Shown here piece after piece: positions 1 to 15,000 of a stretch of 64,000 nt of DNA. The stretch lies in contig CAZMEZ010000002.1 in assembly GCA_964565425.1 (NCBI GenBank), positions 13,953 through 77,952 on the forward strand. Direction: 5' to 3'. The notes under the pieces were generated by a model, which had not been told where the DNA came from, did no database searches, and was given only the letters and a program-made list of their open reading frames with translations. A program made the position numbers and the translations under genes. Numbering within the stretch: the stretch's first letter is position 1; each line of letters starts with the position of its first letter. The stretch is from an uncultured Planctomycetia bacterium. Its GTDB lineage: Bacteria; Omnitrophota; Gorgyraeia; Tantalellales; Tantalellaceae.

Positions 1-3000
1 AAACTACAGCTCGCCAGGCCGCCGGAAGAGATGAAGCAGGCGATCGAGGATGGCCTCGAGTTCATACATAATCATATCAACGAGAGATCGAAAGAAGAAG
101 TGCTTAGAAGGGCAAAAGAGAGGGAACGGGTTGAGCGGAGAGGTAACGAAATAGTGATGCCCGAAGCTTTTGAAGCGGAGGTGCAGAGGCTTACAGCCGA
201 TTCGATGGAGGTGCTTGTCGGGCCGATCGTGCGGAATCTCAAGGCGGAAGCGGACTACGCCGCCAAGATGAAGGACGTGGGAAAAGATACCGGAGTGGTC
301 CCGGGACCGGAAGCCCCGGACACCGGATTGGCCGGCGTGGACGGGATGATGAAGGCATCGGAGTTGATCGCTCACCTCAGGCATATCAAGACACTCAAGG
401 ATGAAGGGAAAATAACCCCCGCCGGGATCAAGATAGAGACAATGAAGGCGGAGTCCGTTATCGCGGAGCACGGCCTGGGCGAAGAGAGCCTGAAGGGTTT
501 CGAAGACCATGGCTTGAAGAGATCGCTTTGGGGCGTTTTACAGGAACTTTTGTCCGAGTTCAAGGGCGAAGGGGTTCCGGCTGAGGCTGCCGCTCCGGCA
601 ATAGTTCCGGCGAAGGAAGAAGGCAAACTCGGCATACTTACCGAAGCTTTTAAGGAAGCGGACCGGGAGCCCGAAGGCGCGGAGGCCGAAGGGAAAAAAG
701 TCGAGTTCGAGATAGTAAGCGCGAGAGGAACCGGCGCGGAAGAAACGCCGGAAGCTGCCGAAGAGACCCCGGCCGAAGAAACGCCGGAAGCTGCCGAAGA
801 GACCCCGGCGGAAGAAGTCCCGGAAGAGGCCGAAGGGGCCCCCGAAGAAGCCCCCGCACCCGTAGGATCGCTTTCTCCCCAAACGAAGAGATTCATGGAT
901 ATTCTCGATATAGACGATTCGCTCGATATATACGCTGTTATAGCCGGTGAATGCGAAGAGGCGGTAAAGTCGGGCAAGAACCCGGCTTACGATGTGGACA
1001 TGACCAGATGCCGGGAAGCGGCCCTGAAGGTCAAGAAAGAATCCGAAATGATAAGCATGAGCGTCAGTTCCTTTGCCGCGGAGATCCGGGTGCTGGAGAC
1101 GTCGAAGTACAAGGGCCTCAGGAAGGCCATCGGCGAGAAGATAAAAATAGCGCTCGGCCGGATAAATAAGAGATCGAGAGAAGAAGTGTCGGAAAAGCTG
1201 AACGCGAGACTTGAAAAAATGAAAACGGAGGATGAGCTCCCCTCCGATCTGGCGGGTCTTATCGAAGTGCTAATAACCATGCTCAACGATTCGGCCGGGA
1301 TCCTTGCCCGGCCGATAATAGCGGCGATCAGGGGAGAAGTGCCGGCCGTGGAAACCCCGGCCCAGAAAGTGTTCGGACTTTTGATTACCGCCCAGCAGGA
1401 TATCGAAGCCGGTAATTTCGCGCGCGCCCGGCAGAAGGCGCAGGAAGCGGGGAACATCGACCCCTCCAACAAAAGCGCGAAGGATCTCCTGAAACGCGTT
1501 GATGAAGCCGAGGCGGCCATTGCCGCCGAAGCCGCTGCCGCCGCGCAACCCGAAGCCGGAGAAGGGCCGGAAGCGGAGGAGGCGGAAGACGCTGAAGCGG
1601 CGCGTGCCGAGAAGTTGACCGCCCGGGAGATCATGAGAAAAACCGCGGAACTTATCATCAGGCTTGAACATATACAGCGGACCGCGCCTATTAAGAGGGA
1701 AGATGTCGCTGAAGTGGAAAGAGAGATAGAAGCGTCATGTATCAGCGCTGAGGCCCTCAAGAACGCGCGCGACCATACCGGCAAACCCCTGTGGGAAAAG
1801 CTGCAGGAAGCGCTTGCCGGGGTCAAGGCCCTGATGGAAAGGGAAAAGGCGGCTCCGGGAACGGAATCGATCATTCCCGTTATCAGGATCAAGAACACCA
1901 AGATACGCATGATGGTCGAAAGGGAAATGCTGAGCATGCAGGGATGGCTCATAGACTGGCGCAAGCAGATACAGGACGCCGAGGGCGTGCCCGACGTTGA
2001 AAGGCTCGAAAAGATAATCGCCGTCAAGAAAAAGGAACTCGATTTCAGGGCGAAGGAAATAGAGGCCAAAAAGAAGGGAATGGAAAAGGAGCTCGATGAG
2101 GCTCCACAGCCGGAAAAAGACGAGATAAACAGGGTCCTGTACGTCCTTTTCACGGAAGCCGTCGACGGCGACAGTGAAAAAGGCATACAGGGCGTCAGAC
2201 AGATAGTGGCCGGTAAGGGGGCCGGGATAATCGGCGATTACCTGCAGGATTGGGGTACGTTCGTGCAGGGGTCCGACGATTTCCTGAAGTTCAGCCTCGA
2301 GGAAGTGGAGGGTTACATAAGCGCCAGGCAAAAGGAGCTGAAAAGCCTGATGGCGAGATACGGTATCCCCGCCGCGCTGCCGGAACAAAAAGCGGAACTC
2401 GAGAACATGTTGAGCCTTCTGGCGGTTCAGGCCAGGGTAAGGGCTTCCCAGAAAAAAAGGCCGGAGCTCGAGGATACCCAGATCCTTATCAACCTGGACG
2501 CGCTGAGAGAAAAAGAGACCCAGGAGCTCAGCAGGAAAAGCTGGGTGAAGATACAGGCGGTCTCGCCCATACATCACGCGGAAACGCAGGCGCTTATCAG
2601 TTTGGCGAATAAAGGCGCTTCGATGAACGATATAGCCGATAAAGCGTTCGGCGTCATAGAGACGGCCATCAGGGATACGCAACAGAACGATCCTTACAGG
2701 CTCAAGCACAAATTCAGCAACCTGGTCGAAAAATCCTACGAGTCCGGCCTGCAGCTGAACATGGTGGGCCCCATGGAGGTCGCCGTGGCCAAGATATTGC
2801 CTACCATGGATGGCCAGGAAAAAGTGGAAACAGCGGAAGAAGCGCATAACCTCGCGCAGGAAACGCTCGACCAGATAAAAGCGGTTTACGACCAAAAGCC
2901 CGATCTTACCATGGACGATAGCGGCAGAAAACTCAGGGCGGAAGTGCTGTACATGGCGGAAAGCCTGCTTTCCAAGGCCATAGAAGCGAAGTTCCATCCG

Positions 3001-6000
3001 TTCCACAGGCTTTATGATTCGCAGAAAAAGGTCGTTAAAAAGGCCATAATAAACGAAACGACGGACAGGAAAGGCCGGACTAAGAGCAGGATAGGGCTAT
3101 TGCCCACCTCGGCCGGTAAGACCAAGGCCCTGTACACCGGCGCTTTCATCATGGCGATCCACGCGCTCAGCAACAGGGGTAAATCGGCCAGGGAGGGCAT
3201 ACTCATAACATCGACCGAAGAATCCAAGGCCAGGGAAGATGCCGAAGAGGCCGCCCAGGTCCTTTCCAAGCTCGGCGTGCAAGTGGGATTCATAGGCAGT
3301 ACTCCCGAGGGACAGCCCCAGGGATACCTGTACAGCGCCGATATAGACGATTTCAAGAAGGTCCCCGACAGCAGGGTATATGACGAAGCCGTGGTGGTTT
3401 ACGGTACCCTGGACAAGTTCGTCCACCGTTCGCAGCACGAGCAGGAATCCATAGTCCCGGCGGACCGGAAATTCATGCACCGCAGCTGGAGGCTGCGCCT
3501 TGACGAAGCGGATGTTCCGCTTATCTATGATGTCGCCAATCCGTTCATAATATCAAGCACACAGCACGATCCCTTCGTGATCCGTCTGGTGGACGGGATA
3601 GTCCGTGAATTCATACTTACAAAACCCGACAGTTATTCGGAGAACGTCAGGAAGAAAGAGGTGGAGCTGACCCCGCTCGGTATAGAGATACTCAAGGATA
3701 GGCTCATCATCGATGCCAACTTGAGCAATGACGAGATCAAAAGGGGCCTCGCCAGGTTCATGCGCATGGCGGAACTCGCCATAACCGCGCATATATACTA
3801 CGTTATCGATAAGAACTACACGGACGTGACCGTCCAGGGCAGGCGCGAAATAGTGTTCCTGGACGAAGGCACGAAAAGGCCGGTTTTCGGCAGGCTGCCT
3901 TACGATATGCAGGCCGCCATAGAGGCGAAAGAGGGCCTTTCGGTCCGGCCGGAGGAGAATTCGGAACTTATCCTGCAGATAGACAGCGTAATCCGCGAGA
4001 CCATAAAGGAGGACCCGTATCTTTACGAGCAGAAACCCGACGAAAGGTTCGTCAGGCTGAACAGGAAGGGCATAGAAGCGCTTAAAAAAGCCCTTACCGG
4101 CAAAGGCAGGAACGCCGAGGAAGTGGCCCGCGATATTTCGACCACCGAGGAACTTGCCGAAATGTCCCTCACGGCGCATCTTTACTACAAGCCCGGCGAG
4201 GATTACAGCATAATGAGAGTGGGCGATCACAGGGAAATAGTCCTTCTTGACGAGGGGACGGGCAAACCCATGTACGGAAGAAGGCTTTCCTACGGTCTTC
4301 ACGCGGCCATAGAAGCCAAGCATCACGCGGAAGGCATAAACGTGAAGCCGGAAGGGGTAATAACCTCGTGGACGACGCTCACGGGTTTCCTCAGACAGCC
4401 TTTTATCGTGTCGTTCGGCGGCGTGACCGCGACATGCGACGAGGACGCCATGCGGCAGCTTCACGGCGTCAAGACCGTCAACGTCCTGGAGGAATTGCGT
4501 GAGGAATTGGCGATAAGGGAATACAAGAAGGCTTACACGGAACTCGAAGTCGAGGAAAAGGCCAGGGTCGATAAACTGGTCCACGAGAGCCACAGGAAGG
4601 AATTGCCGCCCCGCATATATGAGACCCAGACCGAGAAGCTGAAAGCCGTATTCTGGGTAACGCGCAGGCAGAAAGAAAAGAACCCCGCAAGGCCGATATT
4701 GATCAAAGTGGCCAGTGATCTCGAGGCCGGCGAGATGGCGACCCTCCTGAAAAGGGCTCTCGGCGACGAGGCGAAGATCAATCTCATGACGGCGGCTACC
4801 TATGAGGATATAGACCAGATCAAACACGAGGCGGGCCAGGAAGGGTGCATAACCATAGTCACCAACCTCGGCGGCAGGGGTATAGACATAAAACTCAATG
4901 AGATGACCGATATGGTCGGCGGGCTTCTCGGTATATCGACGTATTTCGACGAACTTGCCGCTTCCGATATACAGTTCAGGGGACGCGTGGGAAGGAACAG
5001 GCATCCCGGCACGTGGATGGGATTCTGGTCCCTGGAGGACAGGGCCTTCAGGAAATACGCCGAAGCCCATCCCGAAGGCATACGCATATTAAGGGACATG
5101 ATCGCGCAAGTCAAGGCCGACGATACCAGGCCGGATAAATATATAGGCTGCGAAGAAAAAGTCGAAAGGGTAATAGACGAAATAAGGCTGAGCATCAGGA
5201 AAAGGCATATCTACGCGAGCCGACAGCACCAGGAGCTCTCGGAATACATAGAACGGCGCAGGGACGGTTTCTTCGCGCAGAGGGAAAACCTGATAGAGAA
5301 CCTGGTCACTGTCGTCGCGGCGATCAGCGAGGAAAAGAGAGATCTGAACGAAATAGACAGGCAGATACTCGATCACGGCGACGAATTCATGCAGCTTTTC
5401 GGAAAGGATATAAGGACCGAGGGCTGGACGCCGGATAACATAATCGGAAAGATCGAGGATATGTGCGATAACGATCCCGACATGGCCCAGAACCTGGTGG
5501 AACTGGCCAAGGTGGACGAAATAGCGGACCTCCTCGTTAAGGTGATCGGCCGGAGGGAGGTCCATCTCGAGAAGATAAAAGAGCTCGAGCGCGACAGGCA
5601 GAACATGATGATGCCCATAGTCAGGGCGAACGTATCCTGGCAAAGGTTCCTCGAGAGGGCCAATAACATACAGAAGGGCCTCGACCGTTTTCTCAGGCAT
5701 TACGGCTGGAGGCAATCGCTTCTCCAGATAGATCCCGTGGTCAACAGGGAACGCATGATAAAAGCGGCTTATGAATCGGAATTCGGCAGGAAAAAAATAA
5801 CCCCGGAAAAGATCCCCATGATCGTTCTCAGGGGTATCCTGACCGGTCTCGTTGTCGTTTCCATATTCATATATGCTCCGGCAGTGCTTGCCGGATTTTT
5901 CGGGATCCTGGGGATACCCTCGATACTGGGTTATGCGGGTTTGGCCGCGCTGGCAGCGCTTATAACCTTTAAACCCAGGGCCGGCGCGGCCGTCCTGGCC

Positions 6001-9000
6001 ATGACGGGTTTCTGGACGGCGTTCAAGTATATCACCGGTCTGATGAAAATATCCACCCTCTGGGGATCGATACCGAAGGACGCGTTCTCGGTCCTCTCCA
6101 CCGATATTAACCTTATTTTTGCCGTCGGGCTTATCGGTATAACAATGCTTGCAGCGGTGATCATACTGCAAAGGGGATTTCTCAGGCAGATGCAGACGGT
6201 GGACAAGTCCATAAGGGGTTTTGCCCGCGTTCGCTACGGCATAGAAATAGAAGGGGTAAATCCCGCGGCGGCTGTAGTGAAATACCTGGCGCAGCAACTG
6301 CTGGGTATTATAAATTACCTGGCGCCGTTCCTCGCGGGACTCTGCTTTGTAGTGGTGGCGGCGATACCCCCGTTCCTGGGAAGCAGCATAATTACGCTGC
6401 CCGCGGCGCTGGGGATAGGGACCGCGCTTGCCGCGACAGGGCTCGTTTCCACCGTGATCACGATCTTCGCCAACCGCAAGGAGATAAAGGGATTCGGCAT
6501 TATACGCCCGAGCCTGGGAAAAAGGTATATGAATACCGTAGTGGACGGCGTGCTCGCCGTGTCGGCCGGAGCGTTCTTCCTTTTCATGGCCCAGTGCGCG
6601 GGTTTGACGTACATGATCGCGGGTCTTCTCTTGTCCCTGTTGGCCATCCAGCTGGCCCGCAGTGTCGTGACGAGGAACATGGGCACGCATACCATACACA
6701 TGAGGACCTATCGGCTCGGAGCTCTTTCGAGCATTCCCGCCGCCGCGCTGGTCCTGGGATTGACGCGGATCCTGGGCATGACATTGGTGCCTTTCTGGAC
6801 AGTCTTTATACTCGCGTCCGTGCCTTTCATGATAACCGGTATCGGTTATGTCGCCGCGCAGTGGTATTCGGCCAAAAGGCTCTCCGAAATAAGCTCGAAA
6901 GTGACCGACATATCCAGGACAAGAAGTTTTATAGGCATAATCCTGGAGCAGAACCTCTTTAACGTAAGGCAATGGGCGCCTGCCGCGGGAACCGTGACGG
7001 GGCTTGTGGTCTTCATGGCGGGTCTTGTCGCCAAGAGCCCGGTCCTCAGCACGCTGTCAATATCCGCAGGGTTCGTGGCGGCGGTATTCCTGACAGCGGT
7101 CATCGCCGTGAAACTGCATAAGCTTTTTTCCGGGATAAAGTTGAGAAGAAAAGGGGATATTGCGGTCTCCGAAACCCGCTTGAAGGACATAAGGCTGGCC
7201 AGGAACGTGGTTTCAAAAGAAGAGCTGGGCAATATAATCAAAGCCGTTGAGGCGTTCAAGGCGGAGCGGCCCGGGACGGATAATCCGTATTCACTGGCCG
7301 TTAGTAAATTAAGGAAACGGGTTGTCGGCGGGTCGGTGCTGGAAAAGATACTCCACCAGATAACGATCCATGGCCCCCCGCCGGGCGGAAAATGGAACGA
7401 AAAAGAGCTCGAAAGCAGCATAAGACAGATACTGTTCAGGGAAACCGTCGATCTTTCCGGAGAACCCGTCAAAAAGGGAAGCGAAGACGGCGAGATCGCC
7501 GTAAAAGCCTTCAAATCGCTCTTCAAGGAATTCGGCCTTGTAAAGACCCCCATCGACAGGATGCTGGATACGGTAAGCAAACCGGAAAACTGGATGAAGG
7601 CCCTGGGAGAGTCTTTCCGTGTAGCCATAGGCCTTCCGCTTCTTGTGGACGGCGCCCAGAAAGCTTACACGAACAGGATGGAGGAAAAAAGACTCCATGA
7701 CGCCAGCGTACGGGCCCAAAAACATACCGAGGAAACGCGCCAGAGCCACATAACTTTTCTGCAGAGCAAGGAAGAGGATATAACACGGCTTCTTGATATC
7801 ATGAGGCAGGAGGCGCTTCAAGGCGATAGAAAAGCCTTCGATCCGCACATGGAGCTTTTCAAAAGGCTCATAACGGAATACGGCACTTATAAAACCGGGT
7901 ATTTCGTTCCCGCGGAAACGGAAATTTACGCGCGCAAGCGGGATATCTTCCTGAAAAAAGCCGAGGAAGCGGAGGCGTTGCTGGAGAAAGTGCTGGCGGA
8001 AAGAAAGGCGATGGAGAGATCGCAGCGCGCCGAGACCCTGAGGGGACTTACCGCGAAGATCGATGAGGCGCTTGAAAACATGAAAAAGGCGGCCGAAAAG
8101 GGAGACAGGGACGCCTTCGGCAGGGCCAAGATCGAGATGGACATCAAGCTCAAGCACCTTGAATCCTTCAAGGAAGATGCCGTCGAAGAAGCCGAGAAAA
8201 GGGCGATAGACGAACTTATCGCCAGGTACAGGGAACTTGCCGCCAAGATGGGAGAAAGGCTCAAGGCCCAGATGGAGGCTCGCGACTCACAGCTCGCCAG
8301 GTTGAGAGACCTTTTGGCCGACCTTAATACCGCCGCGATGTCAGGGCACGAGAACATTTTCAACGAGAAGCTGAATGAATTCGAAAAGGCGCTCCGCGAT
8401 TCCGACCTGGTCGCCGAAATAGAGAAGAAGAAATTCAAGAAGAGCGCCGAGAAGGCGAAGGATACGCTTGCCAGGAGGATCGAGGAACTCAGCAAGGAGA
8501 AGGACAAGAGAAGGGCCGCCCAGATCTCGGAGATAGAAACGCTGCTTGGTAAAATGGAAGGATCCGCGAAAAAAGCGGACGCGGCGGGATTCGCCAGGCT
8601 CAAGGAAGCTTTCGAGGGAGCGATCGAGACGGCGGACCTGGTCAGCGACGCGGACAAAACCGGCTTCGGGACGAGAGCCGGCCGGGCCGGGATCGTCCTC
8701 ATGGAGACCATGAAGAAGATGTTCGAATATCACGACAAGATAAGCAAATTTGTCATGGCCGCCCCGTCATACGCTTCGCCGGAAAAAGCGGCGAGCGCGA
8801 AAGAAGCCCGGGAAAATTTCAAAAAAGCGATGGAAGCGCTTAAAGCCGAAGCCCCGGAGGTTTACAGCCGGGAGCACGCGGATTCGGATCTCCGCCTGGC
8901 GGAGATACTTTTCGAAAAGGCCGTGAGCGAAAGGGTGGACTCGAGCGACGTAACGAAACTCCGGGTCCTGCTCAGGCGCGCCATGACCAGCGACCGCGAG

Positions 9001-12000
9001 GCCAGGTTCATAATAGATATCAGCGAAAAATTCGCCAAGCAGGAAGCCGTGGACACCAGGACGTTCGCCCAGATAGTTTTCGGTTACTATCTCGGAGGGA
9101 AGCTCCCGAGGAACTATTTCGGCAACGAAGCGGCAAGAGGCCAGGTGGTAACGCTTGACCTGAATGCGGTTCCCGCTTCGACACCGCTTTCCGTGGTGGA
9201 CCGGATAAGGCTTTCGAGCGCTTACGATACAAGGATGAACAACGGGCGCATGGAGCTCAGGATAAACGATAACGGGACGAGCACCCCCGCTGACGATATA
9301 TGGATACCGGCGGATCTTTATAACGAACACCTGCAGCAGATGTACCCGCTCATCCAGCAGCTCGCGCAACTGATGGGTTACAGCGGGATGGATTCCGCGT
9401 GGCAGTCAACCAATTTCGTGGTGGAAGCCGGGCAACCCGGGGCCGATTCGGAGCTTGTCCTCCTGAGGGACATGATGAACTGGCTCATCATAAGCCAGTA
9501 CACGGGCGATTACGGCGCTTCAGCGTCCGATATGCTGGGCGAGGTCCTCAAGAATTACGATGAGGTCAGGAAATACATGAACGAATACAACGGCAGTTTT
9601 TCGTTCAGCGACCCCGATGACGTCGCTTTTCTCCTGTGGCTTTCCTCCGAGACGGCGGACGGCAAGGACCTGGACGACCTTTTATATTATCCCAGGCAGT
9701 TCGCCAGGCTGATGGTGAGCTTCAACTGGTTCAACTCGGACAGGGCGTCCAGGCAGGAAGAAGTGAGAGCCGCGCAGATAAAAGGCATGGCCTGGTGGAA
9801 AACGGCCAGAAGCGAGAACATGCTTGATATCGTCCAGCAGTTCGTGCAGCTCAAGACGGCGCTGGGAGAGATCGCAAGGCTGGGGTCAGAGATATCAAAT
9901 ATAGAATCCCGAATGGCCGGTCTCGCGGCCGATATGATCATCCTCGAGGAAAGCATGGCCGTTGCCGGTGAAAAGGAAAAAAGCGATATCGCCGGGGAAA
10001 TAGAGGCCCTCAAGGTCGAGAAAACCCTCCTGGAATACAGGAAACTTTCTCTTATGAGGGAAAGGATCGCGGCCCGGGAACGTTCCAGGAAGCTCCGGAT
10101 ACGCATAAAGAGGGCGCTCGAGATGCCCAGGACGACGGATCTTCTCAAGGAACTGAACCTCGAGGAAATAAGCGAAATAGAATTGATCACGGCGCTCAAG
10201 GACCTCTGCGGCGAGTATTACGGGACAAGGCTTGAAGCGGCCCGGCAGTGGGTAGTGGAAGAGGCCAGGCGCATGCCCGGCCACGTCACGGCCACGCTGG
10301 ATTCGGGACTCGATCTGGATTTTGTCAGGATGTTCGAGATAACGGAAGTCGGCGATATAAGCACGGTGTCGCTTCTTAATTTCAACCTTGTGTGGAACCC
10401 GGCGACCACGCCGAAGGAGCGGGAAATAGCGCGTAAAAGGATAGAGGAAGCGGTCGCCAATTTCCGGGATGTGAGGAACGAGCTTGACGGCGAGATCTCA
10501 AGGTTGCATGCCGGCATAGAGACGATGGACTCGATCATAAAGAGCGACAGGGGCGTCCTTCTGGAAGCCAGGACCGCTTACGATCGCCTAATGGCCCTTA
10601 TGAAGAGATATCCCAACATGGTCGCCGCCGACGATATGCGCCGCGCGGTGGATGACCTTCGCCAGGCCGAGGATTCCCTGAGGGGCCACATGCAGGAACT
10701 CAGGATGCTCCAGGCCAGGCTGGATATGTACGGCGGGCCTTCTTCCGTGAAGCCGGCTTCGAAGAAAAAGACCGTGAGCCATCCCGGCGAACTTTTCTCG
10801 ATGGCCGTGGAGAACGGAAGGCTCGGGCGCGCCTGGGCAAAGGTAGCCATGGCAGAGGCCGTGAGGGACAGGATCGATGCGGACAAATGGTACCTGCCGA
10901 GCGTGGTTTTCAACATAAGCCTTTTCAAGGGATTCGAGGGGTGGGGGTGGAGGGAAGAGAACGCCCCGGACGACGATATATTCAAGGATTTCATAGATTG
11001 GTCGCGAACGGGCCTCAGCGCCGGCCTTTACCTGAGATGGCAGTTATTCGATCTCGGGAAAGAGAACCGCAGGCAGGCCGCGGAGTATTATCTCCAGTCG
11101 GCGATACTGGGATCCCGCGAGAGCGCGTCCAGGCTTACCGTCGACATAGCCAACGCCCTTTCGCGCATGAAACTCGCGCAGGACGAAGTGGATATCAAGA
11201 CCCGCCTGGTAAGGCAGAAGGCGGAGCTTCTTGAGGGGATGGAGCAGTCGCGCGACAGGGAACGTCAGATGTTCTATCTCAAACAGCTTCGCAGGGACCT
11301 GGCAAAAGCGAAGCAGGACCTTCGCCTGGCCGCCGAAACGTTGAGGACCACCATAGGCGCGACCAGCACGGAGGTCGAGATCGACGACGCCATGCTGGCT
11401 GATATCCATTCCGAACTCGAAAAATTCATGGCTAACCATCCGGAAAGATTCGTGCGCGGCGACGACGGGAAATGGCGCGTGACGCCTCAGGGGCAGCGCG
11501 AAATGGGCGCGCTTAAAAGGGAACTCGCGCGCATACATGACGAGCTCGAGGCGATGGAACGCGAAATGAGCCTTACGGTGGCCCAGAGATTCGAAATGCG
11601 CAGGCTTATAGGCAGCATAAAGGAAGCGCGCGGGATCCTGGACGAAACCTTCGAAGCGGGTAAAACGGTCCCGGCAAAAGTTTACAGGACGCTTCATCTC
11701 GCCCAATTGTCCCTTATCGAGCGCCAGATAAAAGAGGTTTCGGGCGACCACGTGCGCCTGGAACGATTCAGGATGGCTCTGAGAAGGATAAGCTCCGAAA
11801 CCGGGGAGGACGACATAAGGACCCGCGCCGAAAAGCTTATAGCCGAGGTCAATGCGGCGCTGGTAAAGGCATACAAGCGCGAGATAAGCAGGATATCCAA
11901 CAATGCGCACAGGTACGACGCCAGGACAGAGACGGAAAAGATGCAGCTGGTCCTTATCTACGGCCGGCAGATACTCGAAGTAGACCTCGCCGACAGTTAC

Positions 12001-15000
12001 GCCCAGGGAAAGATAAAGGAGGCGCGGGCGAGGCTTGAAGCGTTGAAGAAAAGATCCGAAGAGGACAGGGTGAAGGAGAATCTCGGGAATATGACGGATA
12101 AGCTGAATTCCACTCCCGGGGTTTTCACTTCTTACCGCGAGTACCTGGGGTATTGCGCCGAGGGGCTCGGCGTTTCGCTTGAGACCCGCGCTCTCGCGCA
12201 AAAAGGGACCATAGATCTCGGCAAAACGGATATAGACCGGACCGAATCGCGTCTTCTGGACGCCATATGGAACATGGTGGCCAGGACAGGCATCCCCGAA
12301 GCCTATTACAAGGATCACGCGCCGGAAAGACATTACGGCGCGGGCCGCATACCCACCCTCAAGCTGGAAGATTTCTACTGCGGGGTATTCAGGGGCAAAG
12401 CGACCGCCTTGAACGAGATATTCACCGGGAGGGCGCATAACGAGCTTGATGAACTTATCGAATACAGGCGCTTTCTGATCGACCTGAGGAACAGGCTCGA
12501 GCAGGTAAAAGGCGCGAACAGGGGCAAGGCCGCGGAACTCATAGTGCACATAGACGCGTATATCGCCCTGGTGGACCTCAAGATGAAACAGCTGGAAGAT
12601 AAGGGCGAAAAAACGCGGACCGAAACGGACAGGGAGAACGCGATAAACCGCGAGATATCCGGGATGGAGAGCGACCTCGGCCAGAGCTGGTTCCTCTTCA
12701 TACCGGTGGAGTTCCATACCACAAGGGGTTGGATGGAGGATTATATCAAGGTATTCAACCGCGTTTACAAGGCCAAGATGCTCGGCCCGGACGTGGAACA
12801 ACAGGAAAAGATAGACAAACTGGAAGCCCAGGCGCGCGATAAACTCGCCGAATCATACGGTGAGATCGAAGTGCGCGATGATACGGAAGACCTGATCTAC
12901 GACATCGAGCTCGCCCGGGCGCTCAGGCATTACGGTATCAACAGGTCCGGCTTCGAAAGCTCTTCGGAACTCGCGCTTCTCCGCCTGGCGAAGAAGAAGC
13001 TCGATGAAACGATAAAGAAGAACGAACCTAAACACTTCGACAGGGTGATCGGGGAAACGGCGGATGTGCTCAGGGTATGCCCCGCGGTCTACGCCGCGAG
13101 GCCGGATGGATACAGGACCTTCAGGGAAGAAATAGTGAAACGCCAGCAGGCTCTTTACAGGCTGGCCCTGAAGGACAGGATGCGCAAGACAGCCCTGCTG
13201 CAGGCGGAGATCGTTAAAGCCGACAATGACGACGCGGAAGATTATCTCGATGAACTGCAGGATGCCGAGAAAGCCCTGCGTTCCATATACCAGTCGCTCA
13301 TGGCCCATAACGAGGCCGAAGGCCTGGAAGCCGGTGAGGACGAGAAAACGGCGAGAGAAAAGCTCGACAGGATAAGCGATACCCGTTCGCTTATATATCT
13401 CAAGAAAGCGGTGTACGCGCTGGGCAGGATCGCGGATTTCGAGGATCACAAGGACGGTATATCGACAGATGACCTTGTGAAGCCCGCCGGCGCCGAAGAT
13501 AACGATGAACTTTACAGGGTCCCTCTCGTGACGAGATACACGAGCGACGACGCCGCGGCGATGGAAGGATATTTCCCCAACGTGCAGATAAGGATACTCC
13601 GCAGGTTGGCCGTCGGGGACGTGAGCAAAAGCAGGCTGGAAGCCGTGCTCGAGGCCACGGCCGAAGCGCTGAGGCACGACAGGAACAACAGGGAAGCGCA
13701 GGTGATACGCGGGGCGGTCCAGGACAAGTACACCCAGGTCCTCATAGACGAACTCGACAGGCTCTGGGACGGCGTTGACAGGAAGATAAAGAAGGGCGGG
13801 ACCGCGAGCGAAAGGGATATACGCAGGATAAAAGGGACGGCGGACAGGATACTCGACGTTAATTCGGACCGCCTGATAGAAGGGATAAAAGACGGCTCCA
13901 GCATCAACGAGATCCAGAGGATCAATGACAGGATAGCGGCCGTGGGGCTCAATCTCGACAGGATGCTGTCGGAAGATTGGGTCATAAGCGGCGACGGCAT
14001 GAGAATAGCGGAGATGATAATGAAGAGTTCCGAAAGGGCCGGCGGTAAGCATAATCCTTACCGGGAAGAGATCATAGCCCTCCTGAAACGCAGGTATCAC
14101 CTGCATTCGAGGGATGCCGTGCTCAAAGGCGGCCCGCTCGTTTACGTGCAGATCGGTATAAGCACCGACGGCGCCGGGCAACTGTTCGGGAAGACCATAA
14201 CAGCGCCGTGGACGAACCTGGTAAGCGCCGGGGTAACGCAGAACGGACTTTTCTGGCTGTCGTGGCCGATACGTAAAATACCGATAATAGGCAGGATATT
14301 CACCGCGATAACCGGCCTGGACGGTTATATCAAGTACCGCAAGGACGAGATGAGGCGGCAGGGCATAGGGGCCGAGGAAGAGCTCCGCAAGGCCGAAATG
14401 GCCGCCATACAGGAGTGGATAACCTTCTGGGGAACGGTGAAGGAATACCAGATCACCATGGCCGCCAGGAGTTCTTTAGAGAAGGAACTCCTGGCGTTAA
14501 GGGCGTCGCTTAAGGAAGACGAAGCGAGGACCACTTTTGCCAGGACATATACCGACAGGGTCTACCTCAGGACCCGCGTCGCCGACAAGGAGCTTGAACT
14601 GGCCCGCGTGGACGCGAAGGCGCGCATGCTGGAAACCAGGCTCGTGTCGATGGGAGTGAACGATCCGAAGGATTTCGTAACGGATGGATCGAAATTCGCC
14701 GCCGCGGGCTACGCCGATGAAAGACTGGATGAGGTCAGGAAGGTCTTCGGGGAACAGTTCGAGGAACTGGCCGGGAAAGGCGGCCTCGAGCTCAGGATCA
14801 AGGTAATGGAAGACCGGAGGTCTTCGGTGCAGCCTTCCATTACGGAGGGGTCGACCTCGATGGACCTGACCGTCAGGTACGGCAAGGGATATTTCGGGCG
14901 GAACGAGGAAAGGTGGAAGACTTCCGTGGAATTTACCAGGGAAGAGACGATAGCCGGGATAACCGACGCCATCGGCGGCTACAGCAGGGATTCACGCGCG

